Assembly (NCBI GenBank): GCA_963803435.1
Contig: CAWDML010000001.1
Span: 1,408,001-1,472,000 of the forward strand
Reading direction: 5' to 3'
DNA length: 64,000 nucleotides
DNA from: an uncultured delta proteobacterium
GTDB taxonomy: Bacteria > Myxococcota > Kuafuiibacteriia > Kuafuiibacteriales > Kuafuiibacteriaceae
Part shown: positions 28,342 through 37,787 of the stretch, one piece after another
Layout of the letters: every line of letters starts with the position of its first letter
How positions within the stretch are numbered: the stretch's first letter is position 1
Made by a program: the position numbers and the translations under genes
Notes under the pieces: generated by a model
The model's input: only the letters and a program-made list of their open reading frames with translations
The model's database searches: none
Told to the model about the DNA's origin: nothing

Positions 28342-29271
28342 ATGCGTCTCCTCCTCGTCGCGCTCCCTCTCCTCACCCTCGCATGCGGCGGTGAGAGCAC
28401 CCCCACGAAGACCGGTCCGATCGAAGACTTCGCCGAGCCAACGCCGGCGCCGCCGGGAGCGATCGAGTTTCAGCTCCCAGAGGCCCGCATCTTCCCCGGC
28501 AGCGACATCCAGTACTGCCACTACCTCGAGCCCACCACCGAGGACATGTACCTGAAGGGCTTCGAGAGCTTCCAGGGCAAGAACGGCCATCACTTGGTGC
28601 TGTTCCGCTCCGTCATCCCGCTCGAGCCTGGCACCGTCCGCGAGTGCAGCAGCGGTGCCGACATGGCGTTCCTGATCCCCGTGATCACGTCGGTCCAGTT
28701 CGGGCTCGAGAACTTCCCGGAGGGCATGGCGATCCGCGTGCCCAAGGGCTCGCAGCTGGTGCTCCAGCAGCACTATATCAACACCCGCACGCACTCGATC
28801 CTGGTGCGCGACGTGGCGCGGCTCCTCCCGGTCGACCGGTCCGAGGTCCAGCTCCTGGCCGGCTTCTTCGGCATCTCCGACATCGGCTTCTCGATCGCGC
28901 CGGACAACCAGGACGCGGTCGTCGACTTCGACTGCCGTGTGCCCCACGACATGAAGATCCTCCTGGCCGGCCCGCACATGCACGAGTGGGGCAGAAGCTT
29001 CAGCGCCTCGTTCGGACCGGCCGACGCGCTCGAGAACATCATCGACATCCCCGCCTGGGACGCGTCGATGCGGGACGCGCCCCCGGTCAAGAACTGGGGC
29101 GTGGACGCGCCGCTTCAGCTCCACGAAGGCGATCGGATGCAGACGACGTGCGTGTTCCGGAACGACACCGACGAGCCGCTCGAGTTCCCGAAAGAGATGT
29201 GCGCGACGTACGGATACTTCTTCCCGGCCGAGGTCGGTCAGGACCAGTTCACCTGCGGCGCGACGCACTGA
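28342..29271 (+). CDS. Copper type II ascorbate-dependent monooxygenase-like (PHM-like) lipoprotein
   Basis: Lipobox LTLAC; HH, HYIN, HMH and EMC copper-ligand motifs in PHM order. Confidence 0.75.
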   Translation: MRLLLVALPLLTLACGGESTPTKTGPIEDFAEPTPAPPGAIEFQLPEARIFPGSDIQYCHYLEPTTEDMYLKGFESFQGKNGHHLVLFRSVIPLEPGTVRECSSGADMAFLIPVITSVQFGLENFPEGMAIRVPKGSQLVLQQHYINTRTHSILVRDVARLLPVDRSEVQLLAGFFGISDIGFSIAPDNQDAVVDFDCRVPHDMKILLAGPHMHEWGRSFSASFGPADALENIIDIPAWDASMRDAPPVKNWGVDAPLQLHEGDRMQTTCVFRNDTDEPLEFPKEMCATYGYFFPAEVGQDQFTCGATH

Positions 29272-30067
29272 GCTGACAGCGCGGACACCAGTACGTGCTC
29301 CGCCCGCCCTGCTCCATCTTCTGGATCACCGCCCGCCGGCAGCGCGGGCATCGCTCGCCCGCGTGATCGTAGACCCGGAACGCGTTCACGCCGCCCTGGC
29401 TCAGATACCGCTCACCGGCCTCGAGCCGCTCGATCGCCTCGAGGAACGTCCGCCGGATCGCGGCCGCCAGCCGGCGAGCCCCCGGCCGATCGATCGCGTT
29501 CGCCGGCATCCGCGGATCGAGCTTCGACCGCCAGAGCGCCTCCGACGCGTAGATGTTCCCGATCCCCGCGATCAACCCCTGCTCCATGAGCGCGATCTTG
29601 ATCGGCCGGCGCGAGCGACCGAGGATCTCGGCCAGCGTCGCCGGGGTCAGCTCACCGAGCAGCGGATCGGGTCCCAGCGGGAGGAAGTACCGCTCGGTCA
29701 GCTCCGCCCACGGCCCCACCGCGACGCGCCCGAACATCCGCGGATCGTCGAACCGCACCTCCGTCCCGTCGTCGAGCGCAAGCTCGAGCCGCACGTGCTT
29801 CGGCTTCGGGCCGCCGCCGTCGCTGATCGAGCCGCTCATGCCCAGGTGGAGGTGCAGCGCGCCCTCGTCCGACAGCCGCAGCAGCATGCTCTTGCCGCGG
29901 CGCTCGACCGACTCGATCCGCCGGCCCGCCAGAAAGGTCGCCACCTTCCGCGGTGACTGCGTCCCGAGGACGCGCGACTTGGGCACGCGCGCGCGCAGGA
30001 TGACCTTGCCCGCGGCCCAAGCGTCGAGGCGGCGGCGGACGACCTCGACCTCCGGGAGCTCCGGCAT
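29249..30067 (-). CDS. mutM: Formamidopyrimidine-DNA glycosylase
   Basis: MPELPEVE, RRGK, HLGMSG, DPRMFG, GIGNIYASE, CPRC...RSTYWCPRCQ zinc finger. Confidence 0.96.
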   Translation of the reverse strand: MPELPEVEVVRRRLDAWAAGKVILRARVPKSRVLGTQSPRKVATFLAGRRIESVERRGKSMLLRLSDEGALHLHLGMSGSISDGGGPKPKHVRLELALDDGTEVRFDDPRMFGRVAVGPWAELTERYFLPLGPDPLLGELTPATLAEILGRSRRPIKIALMEQGLIAGIGNIYASEALWRSKLDPRMPANAIDRPGARRLAAAIRRTFLEAIERLEAGERYLSQGGVNAFRVYDHAGERCPRCRRAVIQKMEQGGRSTYWCPRCQLSASRRR

Positions 30068-30122
30068 GGCTCAGCTACCGGCCGCCGACACCAATCTCCT
30101 CGACCACGTCCTCGAAGGTGAC
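30050..30122. repeat. Left copy of duplicated CNNM/mutM junction
   Basis: 30050-30092 matches 36434-36477 (2 mismatches, 1 indel); 30094-30122 matches 36817-36845 at 28/29. Confidence 0.85.
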
Positions 30123-30364
30123 GTCCGGTGTGGCCAGGAGGGGTGGCTGAGCGCGGAAGACGGGAGGCTCGGTGTGAGGGGCAACATCGATCGTGAAGGA
30201 CGCCTCGCCGTATCAGCGCACCCACGTCTCTGCAACGAGCTCCGGCCCGAAATGTGCGGTGGCGCACCCGACCGAACGGGCCACCCCATAGCCGCTCAAT
30301 CAGCTCACGAGGAAGCGCCGCGCGGTCGACGCCGTACTTCTCCACGCGGCGCCGCCCCCGGTCG

Positions 30365-32467
30365 CTACACCGCGGGGCGGCGGGGCTTCGTGACCTCGCG
30401 TAGCACGCTCCCCTGCTCCCGGCCCAGGCGGGCCGCCGTCGCCACCGCGACCTTCGGGTCGTCGATCGCGCCCAGCAGACCGCGCTCGAGGTGCTGCTCG
30501 ATGAGGCTCTGCCCGTAGGTCGCACGCACGTCGACGAGCTGGCCGACCGCGTCGAGCTCAGGGACCAGACGCGGCGAGATCGCGTAGAGCTCGTCGGGGA
30601 TCCCGGCGCGCTCGAGGCGGGCGATCACCTCGTCGCGCAGCTTGGGGTCGAACTTCTCGCCGCGCTCGGTGACCAACGTCTTGATCTCCTCGTAGCGGCC
30701 CTCGGCCTTGATCACCATCAGCTGGGAGAGGAGCTCGCCCACCGCCTCGTGCATCTTCTCGAAGTCGACCACCCGGTAGGCGGTGTTCGTCCTGCCGCCC
30801 TTGTCCACGGTGGCGCGCTCGACCGCGCCCTTCTCGATGAGCCAGCTCAAGGTCATCTGGGTGCCGCGGAGGTGATCCTCGCTGAGTGTGTCGCCCGTCT
30901 TTTCGTAGCGGAGGTTGGTGAGCGCCTCCACCAAGAAGCTGCGGTACATCTGCTCGCCGACGGCGTTGGCGTCGGGATACTCGGCGGTGAAGACCGGATC
31001 GAAGGCGAACCACAGCGCCACCAGATCGGCGCGCGCCTCCTCGAGGACGTTCTCGTACTCCTTGAGCTGCCCGACCGGATCGTCGACCTGATCGCTCACC
31101 TTCCCCGAGCCGTGTCCGATCACCTCGTGCATGGCCACCAGGAGCTTGCGCGCCTGGTCGTTGTAGAGGCGGGCGGCCTCCCGATCCTCGGGCGTGGCGG
31201 CGAACTCGAGGGCCATCGGACCACGCTTCACCGCGTCGGCGGCGTCCATGACGTTGGAGACGCTGATCGACTTCGAGCCGTAGTCCTCACGGATGCGTTG
31301 CTCGTTGGGGAGGTTGATCCCGGCCGGGCTCGCGGGGTTGACGGTGAGAAAGTCGACCGCGCTGGCGGGCGGCGTGGGGATCTTCTCCCGCTTGTACTGG
31401 GCCGGCCAGGGCATCCGGTCCTCGAAGTACTGCACGCGGCGGCGGAGCACCTCCATAATCCGCGTGTCGTCCGGATCCTTGAAGTTGACGAAGCCCTGCC
31501 AGGTCCCCTTCGCGTTGCGGGCGGCGTCGTTGTACGACTCGATGAAGCCGATGCTCGCGTCGACGTCCGGGTTGGCGCGCACCCAAGCGATGTTGAAGGT
31601 GTCCCAGTCGTCGAGCGATCCGGTCTCGAGGTAGCGGATCAGCCGGTCGAGCGCGTCGCGCTGGGCACCGCGGGCAAGGTGGTGCGCGGCCCCCAGGTGC
31701 TCGATGACCCGCGCGAGCTGGCGAGCGTACAGGCCGGGCGCGATCCGTCCATCGGGAGTGCCGGCCCGGTAGACCTCCTCGGAGAGCTTGCCGCGCGCGT
31801 CCTTCACCACCCGGGAGTTGAGAGCGTGGCGCTCCTCGAATCCCTCGAAGTCCTTCGGGGTCACGCCTTCGCCGTAGAACGTCGGTACCGGTTCGGGCTC
31901 GAACTTCGGATCGAAGATCGTCGGCCATAGCTGGTTCAGCGTGCGGCGCAGCTCCGCGCCGTTCGCCACGCCCATCGGTGCGCCGGCGCGGAAGGCCCGG
32001 AACGCCGCCTTTCGCAGCGCGCGCCGGTTGAAGTCGGGCATGATCTTCTCGCCCGAGTACGCCCCGTGATTCCCGCCGTTGGCGTAGAACTGTTTGAGAT
32101 AGTCCTCCAGCTGGGCGTCGAAACCGTCGGGCTGGGCGTCGCCGCTCCGACCGAAGACGTAGATCGACTCGAGGAAGCGCTTGAGCGCCACGTTCTGCCA
32201 CCCGAGCTGGTCGTACGCGATCTCCTGGCCGGCGTACGCCGCCAGGCTCAGGTGAAAGGCGAGCTTCCGCTCCCGCAGCGAGAGCTTGTCGAATCCGTCG
32301 GCATAGATCTGGGCCAGGGCGATCTTGCCGTGGTTCATCCGATCGACCAGGTAGGTCCGCGCCTGCGGTGCCTCGAGCGCCGCGGGCGAGGCCTTGGCCG
32401 GGGACGGGGCTCCGGCCATCACGGGAGTGCTGAGTGGGACTTCGGGCGGGGTGCCGATCGGTCTCAT
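30365..32467 (-). CDS. Dipeptidyl-peptidase III (peptidase M49) without signal peptide
   Basis: HEVIGH (HExxGH) zinc motif, EEARADLVAL, GFIESY, PAGINLPNEQ.IRE.YGSKS; Pro/Ala-rich non-hydrophobic N-terminus. Confidence 0.9.
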   Translation of the reverse strand: MRPIGTPPEVPLSTPVMAGAPSPAKASPAALEAPQARTYLVDRMNHGKIALAQIYADGFDKLSLRERKLAFHLSLAAYAGQEIAYDQLGWQNVALKRFLESIYVFGRSGDAQPDGFDAQLEDYLKQFYANGGNHGAYSGEKIMPDFNRRALRKAAFRAFRAGAPMGVANGAELRRTLNQLWPTIFDPKFEPEPVPTFYGEGVTPKDFEGFEERHALNSRVVKDARGKLSEEVYRAGTPDGRIAPGLYARQLARVIEHLGAAHHLARGAQRDALDRLIRYLETGSLDDWDTFNIAWVRANPDVDASIGFIESYNDAARNAKGTWQGFVNFKDPDDTRIMEVLRRRVQYFEDRMPWPAQYKREKIPTPPASAVDFLTVNPASPAGINLPNEQRIREDYGSKSISVSNVMDAADAVKRGPMALEFAATPEDREAARLYNDQARKLLVAMHEVIGHGSGKVSDQVDDPVGQLKEYENVLEEARADLVALWFAFDPVFTAEYPDANAVGEQMYRSFLVEALTNLRYEKTGDTLSEDHLRGTQMTLSWLIEKGAVERATVDKGGRTNTAYRVVDFEKMHEAVGELLSQLMVIKAEGRYEEIKTLVTERGEKFDPKLRDEVIARLERAGIPDELYAISPRLVPELDAVGQLVDVRATYGQSLIEQHLERGLLGAIDDPKVAVATAARLGREQGSVLREVTKPRRPAV

Positions 32468-32474
32468 GCCGCGC

Positions 32475-32482
32475 TTATCGGC
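32475..32482 (-). promoter_or_regulatory. Perfect sigma28 -10 box
   Basis: GCCGATAA on minus strand, 7 nt upstream of the M49 ATG; no TAAA -35 at the expected spacing. Confidence 0.45.
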
Positions 32483-32539
32483 GCGACCTCCGCGGCGGGA
32501 GCGCAGGAAACAGGCTCTTAACCGGGCGCTTCGAGCCCG

Positions 32540-34145
32540 TCAGGGGAGATAGGTGACGTTGAGGACGTAGTCGCCCGCCTGGCCTGCGATGCGGCCGTCG
32601 ACCACCAGGTACTGCGTCCCGGCCGAGAGCCGGCGATCGAGGTGCGTGGGGTCGGAGGGGCGATAGTCGGTCGTCGCCGAGACGCCGCACTCGGTCTCGA
32701 AGTAGAGCATGGCGCCCGCGTACAGCGGGATCAGATCGGCGACCACGCGGGTCTCGGCGGCCAGGTCGATGCGGTAGATGCTCTCCGGGCCGCGACCGTC
32801 GCCGTTGCTGGCCACCAGCCGGTTGGTGCCCGAGGTCGTCCCCGAGAAGCTGCCGGTGCCGCCGATGGCGGGCGCCCCGAGACACGCGCTCCCGGGCGCC
32901 GCGAAGCTCACCTCGAGATCGCCGGCGCCGGCGCTCGCATAGTCGATTCTCCTTGACCACCACGTAGTCACCCGCAGGCAAATCGAACTGGGGAGGCTCA
33001 TAGGCGAGCGCGGTGGTGGTGGTGTTACAGGACGCCAGCAGGTAGAGCGCACCAGCGCGTCCGGGCGTCTCGATCAGGACGTTGGTGGTGTCGGCGAGGC
33101 TCAACCGATGGAGCGCCTCGCGCGTCCCGATGCTGCCGCACTCGCCGAAGGCGTTCACCCAGCGCGGGTCCATCGGATCGATGGGGAAGGTCCCGCCGGC
33201 GGAGATGTCGGTCATCTCGCCGCACGCGGGGACCGGTGGATCGTCGATCGCGACCTCCAGCGAGGCGACCACGCCGTTCGCCTGAAACATGCTCCCCGCC
33301 TGCACCACCGCGAAGTGGCTCCCGGCGGTGACGCGCTGGCAGACCTCGCGACGCGCCGGATAGGAAGCGCAGAAGGTGCTGCTCCCGGCGCAGTAGCAGG
33401 CGTTCCAGGCCCCGCCGAAGGGCGGGCACGCGTCGTCGATGAACACGTTGTACTCGACCTCGGTGATCGACGGCATCATCGGATCGGGGACGGTCACCAC
33501 GAAGCGGGCCTCCTTGGCCGCGGTGGTGGTGAAGCTGAAGACGACGTCAGGGCCGCACGCCACCGTCCCGTAGTCGGCCGCGGCGCCCACGGTGGTGCTG
33601 TCGAACTGCCCGCCGGCCGAGACGTCGAGCGCGCTGGCGCAGGTGTCGTTCCCGAGGGCGCAGGCCGGATCGTAGGCGTCGATGAGCCCGTTGCAGTCGT
33701 CGTCCAGCATGTTGCCGCAGAGCTCGTCCGGGCCCGGGATCGCCGGGTTGGTGGCGTCGCAGTCGGGGCCGCCGCAGAGCGCGTCCCTGACCAGATCGTG
33801 GTCGCGATCGCAGGGATCGATGTTGTAGCAGGTGCCCTCGTAGCAGACGTCGCTGGTGCTCGGATCCTGATCGTCGCACTCGAGGTCCTGGGAGCAGGCC
33901 GCACCTCCGTCGACCTCGGCGTCGCTGGAGGCCACGTCAGGGGCGGTGGCGTCGGGGGGGGCGGTGGCGTCGGGGGCGGCGGCGTCGTCCTCTCCCGCGT
34001 CCGCGACGGAAGCGTCGTCGATCCGCGCGTCGCTGGCGGCGGCGGCGGCGTCGGCGTCGGCGCGCGCGCTGGCGTCGAGCGGATCGGCGGTCCCGCCCTG
34101 GCAGGCGAGCAGCGCCAGGCAGAGCAAGAGTAGGGGGCGCGGCAT
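32540..34145 (-). CDS. Cys-rich lipoprotein with putative metal-binding motif (apparent 1-nt insertion at 32945-32949)
   Basis: MPRPLLLLCLALLAC; DA-rich linker; DCDATNPAIPGPDELCGNMLDDDCNGLID motif; GATTC to GATC restores VKEIDYA and joins ORF 32540-33052. Confidence 0.7.
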
Positions 34146-34293
34146 TCCGCCCGTAGGTGGCGCACGAGGTCCGGCGCGTTGTACGACGTCTGCCCATCGG
34201 TCATCGGGCACGGCTTCACCGAGGCCCCGATCGTCATCGTCAAGGTCGCGGAGGACCGCCTGCTGGTGGTCGCGTCGAGGCGAACGCGGTCGG

Positions 34294-35445
34294 TCATCCT
34301 CCGGTCCCGATGATCGAGAGGTCTGCGCTCCAAGACCAGCTCGACCCCGGCACCGTCACCTCGAGGCTGCACAGACCGTCGCGGAGCAGGACCGCCGAGC
34401 CGTCGGGCGAGGATCCGTCGAAGGCACAGACGTCGGGGGTCAATGAGGTCAGGCGGAACCAGGAGAGCGGAGGATCGACGCAGAGCTGAGCGTCGCCGAC
34501 GGCAGCCCGAGAGACAACGAGCTTGATCCCCGTGGCGATACTGGACCGGTCGACCACGTCGCCACTCTGAAGCGGAGTCCACTCCGGCGACTTGGACCAG
34601 GGATGAATGGCGAAGCTCGCCTCGAGATCGGTGAGCTCGGCCGGCGAGACCGAACGGATGGCTTTCGGTCCTCGGGCCGGCAGGTCCTCGACCTCGAGCG
34701 ACACTTCACCCGGTTGGAAGACGAAGCTCGAATCCTCGAGACGAGTCATCCCGTTCGATGCCCGCACCGTGAGTGTGGCCGGCCGCTGCACGTTGCTGGC
34801 ATCGAAGGCCTCGCCGTCCGAATCGAAGAACCACATCAATGGCAAGTCGACGGGTGCCCCGGCCGGGACCACGATCCGCTCCGAGCAACCCGCCACCGGG
34901 TACTCGCCGTAGGTCGAGTAGAGCTCGACCCCCGCTGGCTCTTCCAGGACCAGCGTGAGGCGGTGTTCGAACGGAAGGGTCGCCGGCTTCGACCCGTCGA
35001 GGCTGCAACCGGAGCCCTCGCCCAGCGGTTGCCGGTAGTCACCGCGGATCGTGAAGGTCGCCGTGCCCGGCTCGCGAAGCTCGGCGAACAGGAGGCCATT
35101 CTCCGCTCGCAGCGACGCCGCAGAACCTCGACTCTCCACCACCGACAGCCACCTCAGGGAGCCCGTCTCCCTCAGCGAACAGGTCGCCACGAACGCCGGC
35201 GCCGACCCATCGAGAATGATCGACGCAGGGTAGCCCGGCCCGAGGGCGTAGGTGATCTCGTCTTCAAACCTCAACTCGCCCTCCTCGAAGTGACCCACGA
35301 GATACAGGCCATGCCGAGCGAGCGGCTCGAAGGGAAGCTCGAGGGAGGTCAACTCTGACGGTGGTGCGGTCGGCGGCAGCTCGAGCGGCACGAGGTCCCG
35401 CGTGCAGCCAGCAGAGGCTAGCAGCAGCAAGATGAGGCAGCGCAT
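34294..35445 (-). CDS. Hypothetical lipoprotein
   Basis: 383-aa ORF with MRCLILLLLASAGC lipobox; no family recognised. Confidence 0.65.
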   Translation of the reverse strand: MRCLILLLLASAGCTRDLVPLELPPTAPPSELTSLELPFEPLARHGLYLVGHFEEGELRFEDEITYALGPGYPASIILDGSAPAFVATCSLRETGSLRWLSVVESRGSAASLRAENGLLFAELREPGTATFTIRGDYRQPLGEGSGCSLDGSKPATLPFEHRLTLVLEEPAGVELYSTYGEYPVAGCSERIVVPAGAPVDLPLMWFFDSDGEAFDASNVQRPATLTVRASNGMTRLEDSSFVFQPGEVSLEVEDLPARGPKAIRSVSPAELTDLEASFAIHPWSKSPEWTPLQSGDVVDRSSIATGIKLVVSRAAVGDAQLCVDPPLSWFRLTSLTPDVCAFDGSSPDGSAVLLRDGLCSLEVTVPGSSWSWSADLSIIGTGG

Positions 35446-35520
35446 CGGTCATGAATACGTCGGGACGCGTGTGGCATCTACGCACATCGATGCAGGACAG
35501 TTGTGCAATAATGCACAGCT

Positions 35521-36403
35521 ATGAATTGGGACGATCTGAGGTTCGTGCTGGGCCTCTCCCGCGCGGGATCGCTCCTCCGCGCAGCCAAGGCGCTCGGAGT
35601 CGACCACACCACCGTCGGCCGCCGGGTCGAAGCCGCCGAGAACGCCCTGGGCGTCAAGCTCTTCACCCGAACCCGCGCCGGCTACCTACTCACCGGCGAC
35701 GGGGAGCGCTTGCTGGCGCGGCTCGAGTCGGTGGAAGCGGCCGTGCTTTCGGTGGAGCGCGGTGCGCAAGCGAACGACCGCCTCCTGGTCGGGAGCGTCA
35801 GGGTGACCTCCCCGGAGAGCTTTGGCGTCGCGTATCTCGCGCCCCGGCTCGCCCACTTCGGCCTCCAGCATCCGGGCCTCACCATCGAGCTCACCCCGAG
35901 CGGTGAGGTGCTCGACCTCGGCCGGCGACAAGCCGAGATCGCGATACGCACCTTCCGCTCCCGCCAAGACAACCTGGTCGCCCGGCGCGCCGCTGAGATC
36001 GCCTACGGACTCTACGCCTCGAACGACTACCTCGCTCGCCGCCCGGTGAAGTCTCCTGCCGATTCTGAGGCACCACCCGATACTCCTCAGCACGCCCGGG
36101 CCGCAGGTGGTCGAGGTGGTGTGGCTCAAGGCGCTGAACCCGGACGCGCGGCCGACCTTCGTGAGCGTCGTGTCGCTCGCGCTGGCCGCCGCCGCGAAGG
36201 CCTCGGCCGGCCTGGCTGTGCTCCCGCGCTATCTTGGCGATGGCGAGCCCAACCTGCGGCGGCTCGCGATGCCCGACCCTCCGTCCGAGACGATCTGGTT
36301 GACCGTGCACAAGGACCTGCGCCGGACCCCTCGCGTCCGAGTGCTCCTCGATTTCCTGGTCGCAGCGCTCCAGCAGGACCGAGCGCTGCTGCGAGGGAGA
36401 TGA
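35521..36403 (+). CDS. LysR-family transcriptional regulator (apparent 1-nt insertion at 36061-36065)
   Basis: MNWDDLRFVL..GSLLRAAKALGVDHTTVGRR HTH; C-terminal GLAVLPRYLG...WLTVHKDLRRTPRVR in next frame; GATC repair gives ADLRHHPIL. Confidence 0.88.
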
Positions 36404-36433
36404 TGGCCTTTGGGCTGGCCGACACCGCGAGCT

Positions 36434-36477
36434 CTCCGGAAGCTCCGGCAATGGCTCAGGTACCGGCCGCCGACACC
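36434..36477. repeat. Right copy of CNNM/mutM junction, with dead mutM start (PELPE)
   Basis: Minus strand CNNM stop TGA followed by GCC ATTG CCG GAG CTT CCG GAG, a damaged copy of the mutM start. Confidence 0.85.
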
Positions 36478-37766
36478 GGGGCGGGCGGAGCGCTCTCCTT
36501 GCGACCGATCAAGCTCGCCTCCACGCGCAGCACCTTGCCGCGCCGCATGCGGATCACCTTGAAGCGCCACTTGCCGATGATGAACATCGCGCCCGTCCGC
36601 AGCTTGCCGCGGAGGAGATCGGCGGCGAGATCGTCGATGTCGTAGCGACCGTCGAGGTCGAGGTCGAGCTCCTCCGGGAGGAAATCGTCGGGGCGGACGT
36701 TGAGCGCGCTCGCGACCTCGCTCCAGAGCGTGCCGCCGCCGAACCGGTAGAGCCCCGGCTCGATCAGCTCGAGGTGCTCCGGGGATCAATCGTACTCGTC
36801 GTCGACCTCGCCCACGATCTCCTCGACCACGTCCTCGAACGTGACCATGCCGACGATGCGGTCGCCCTCACGGACCACGGCCACGTGCTCGTGCTTCATC
36901 GAGAAGAGGTGGAGCAACGCTGACACGTCGAGGTCCGGGCTCACCGAGATGGGCTCGCGCACGCCCTCGCCGAGGATGCGCTTGACGCCCTCCTCTTCCA
37001 CCTCGTCCGGATCGCTGACCATCCGCCAGAGCACCTCCTTGATGTTGACGATGCCGACGACGTCGTCGAGCCCGGTGCGGCACAGCAGCAAGCGCGAGTG
37101 CATCGAGCGCCGCGCCTTCACCATCAGCTCCTCTTCTTCCTCGGCCAGCGAGAGAAAGATGATGTCCTCCCGGTGGATCATGATCTGGCTGACCTGGATC
37201 CAGGGGAGCTCGGAGGCGGTCTCGATGATCATGTGCTCCTCGCGCCCCAGCTTCTTGGCCGACATGGCGAGGCGGGCCACGGCGCGGAGGTCGTCGAGCG
37301 AGACGCCGGTCGAGCGGCGGTCGCCGCCGAGGATGCGGGTGCCCCGCTCCACCAGCCAGGTCAGCGGTCGCATGATCCGGATCGTGAAGTTGAGAGGCCG
37401 CGCGATCAGCAGGCTGATGCGGAGCGAGTAGCGGACGCCCAGCGTCTTGGGGACGAGCTCGGACAGCACCAGCACGCCCGCGGTGAAGAGGGCGGTGAAG
37501 AGGCCGCGGTGCGCATCGCCGAACACGCGCTCGTATTCGCTGCCGACGACCGAGGCGCCGCCCGTATTCGCGATGGTGTTGATGATCAGGATGACCGCCA
37601 CCGGACGGTCGAGGGTCTCCTTCATCCGGGAGACCACCCTGGCGGCCTTGCTCTCCTCGGCCATCGCTCCCACGCGCGAGCGGCTCACGGAGAGGATGCT
37701 GGCTTCTGAGATCGAGCAGAGGAACGAAACCACGAAGACTATCAGCAGAGATAGCGCGAGTAACAT
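36456..37766 (-). CDS. HlyC/CorC (CNNM/DUF21-CBS-CorC) membrane protein (in-frame TGA at 36786-36788 probably a miscalled CGA)
   Basis: SFLCSISEASILSV, LSELVPKTLG, HSRL, GMVTFEDVVEEIVGEVDDEYD; same frame continues through a CorC-like domain to TGA 36456-36458. Confidence 0.88.
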
Positions 37767-37787
37767 CAGTCGGGGCCGTGGATCCTA

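Noticed and set aside
25628-28555. Long antisense/alternate-frame ORFs (e.g. 975 aa here; also 49729-52056, 54639-56810, 61615-63615)
   Set aside because: Shadows of high-GC coding strands; Arg/Gly/Ala-rich with no motifs, opposite well-supported genes.
33940-34080. Short GC-rich repeats (PDAT, DA-rich)
   Set aside because: Low-complexity linker inside a lipoprotein, not an independent repeat element.
34200-34290. Plus-strand fragment VIVKVAEDRLLVVAS resembling a LysR substrate-domain remnant
   Set aside because: Too short, with no start or supporting context.
13690-36788. In-frame TGA in flgN and CNNM as selenocysteine or recoding
   Set aside because: Neither is a Cys/redox position, both fit CGA in a CGATCG site, and TGA is the normal stop elsewhere in the window.
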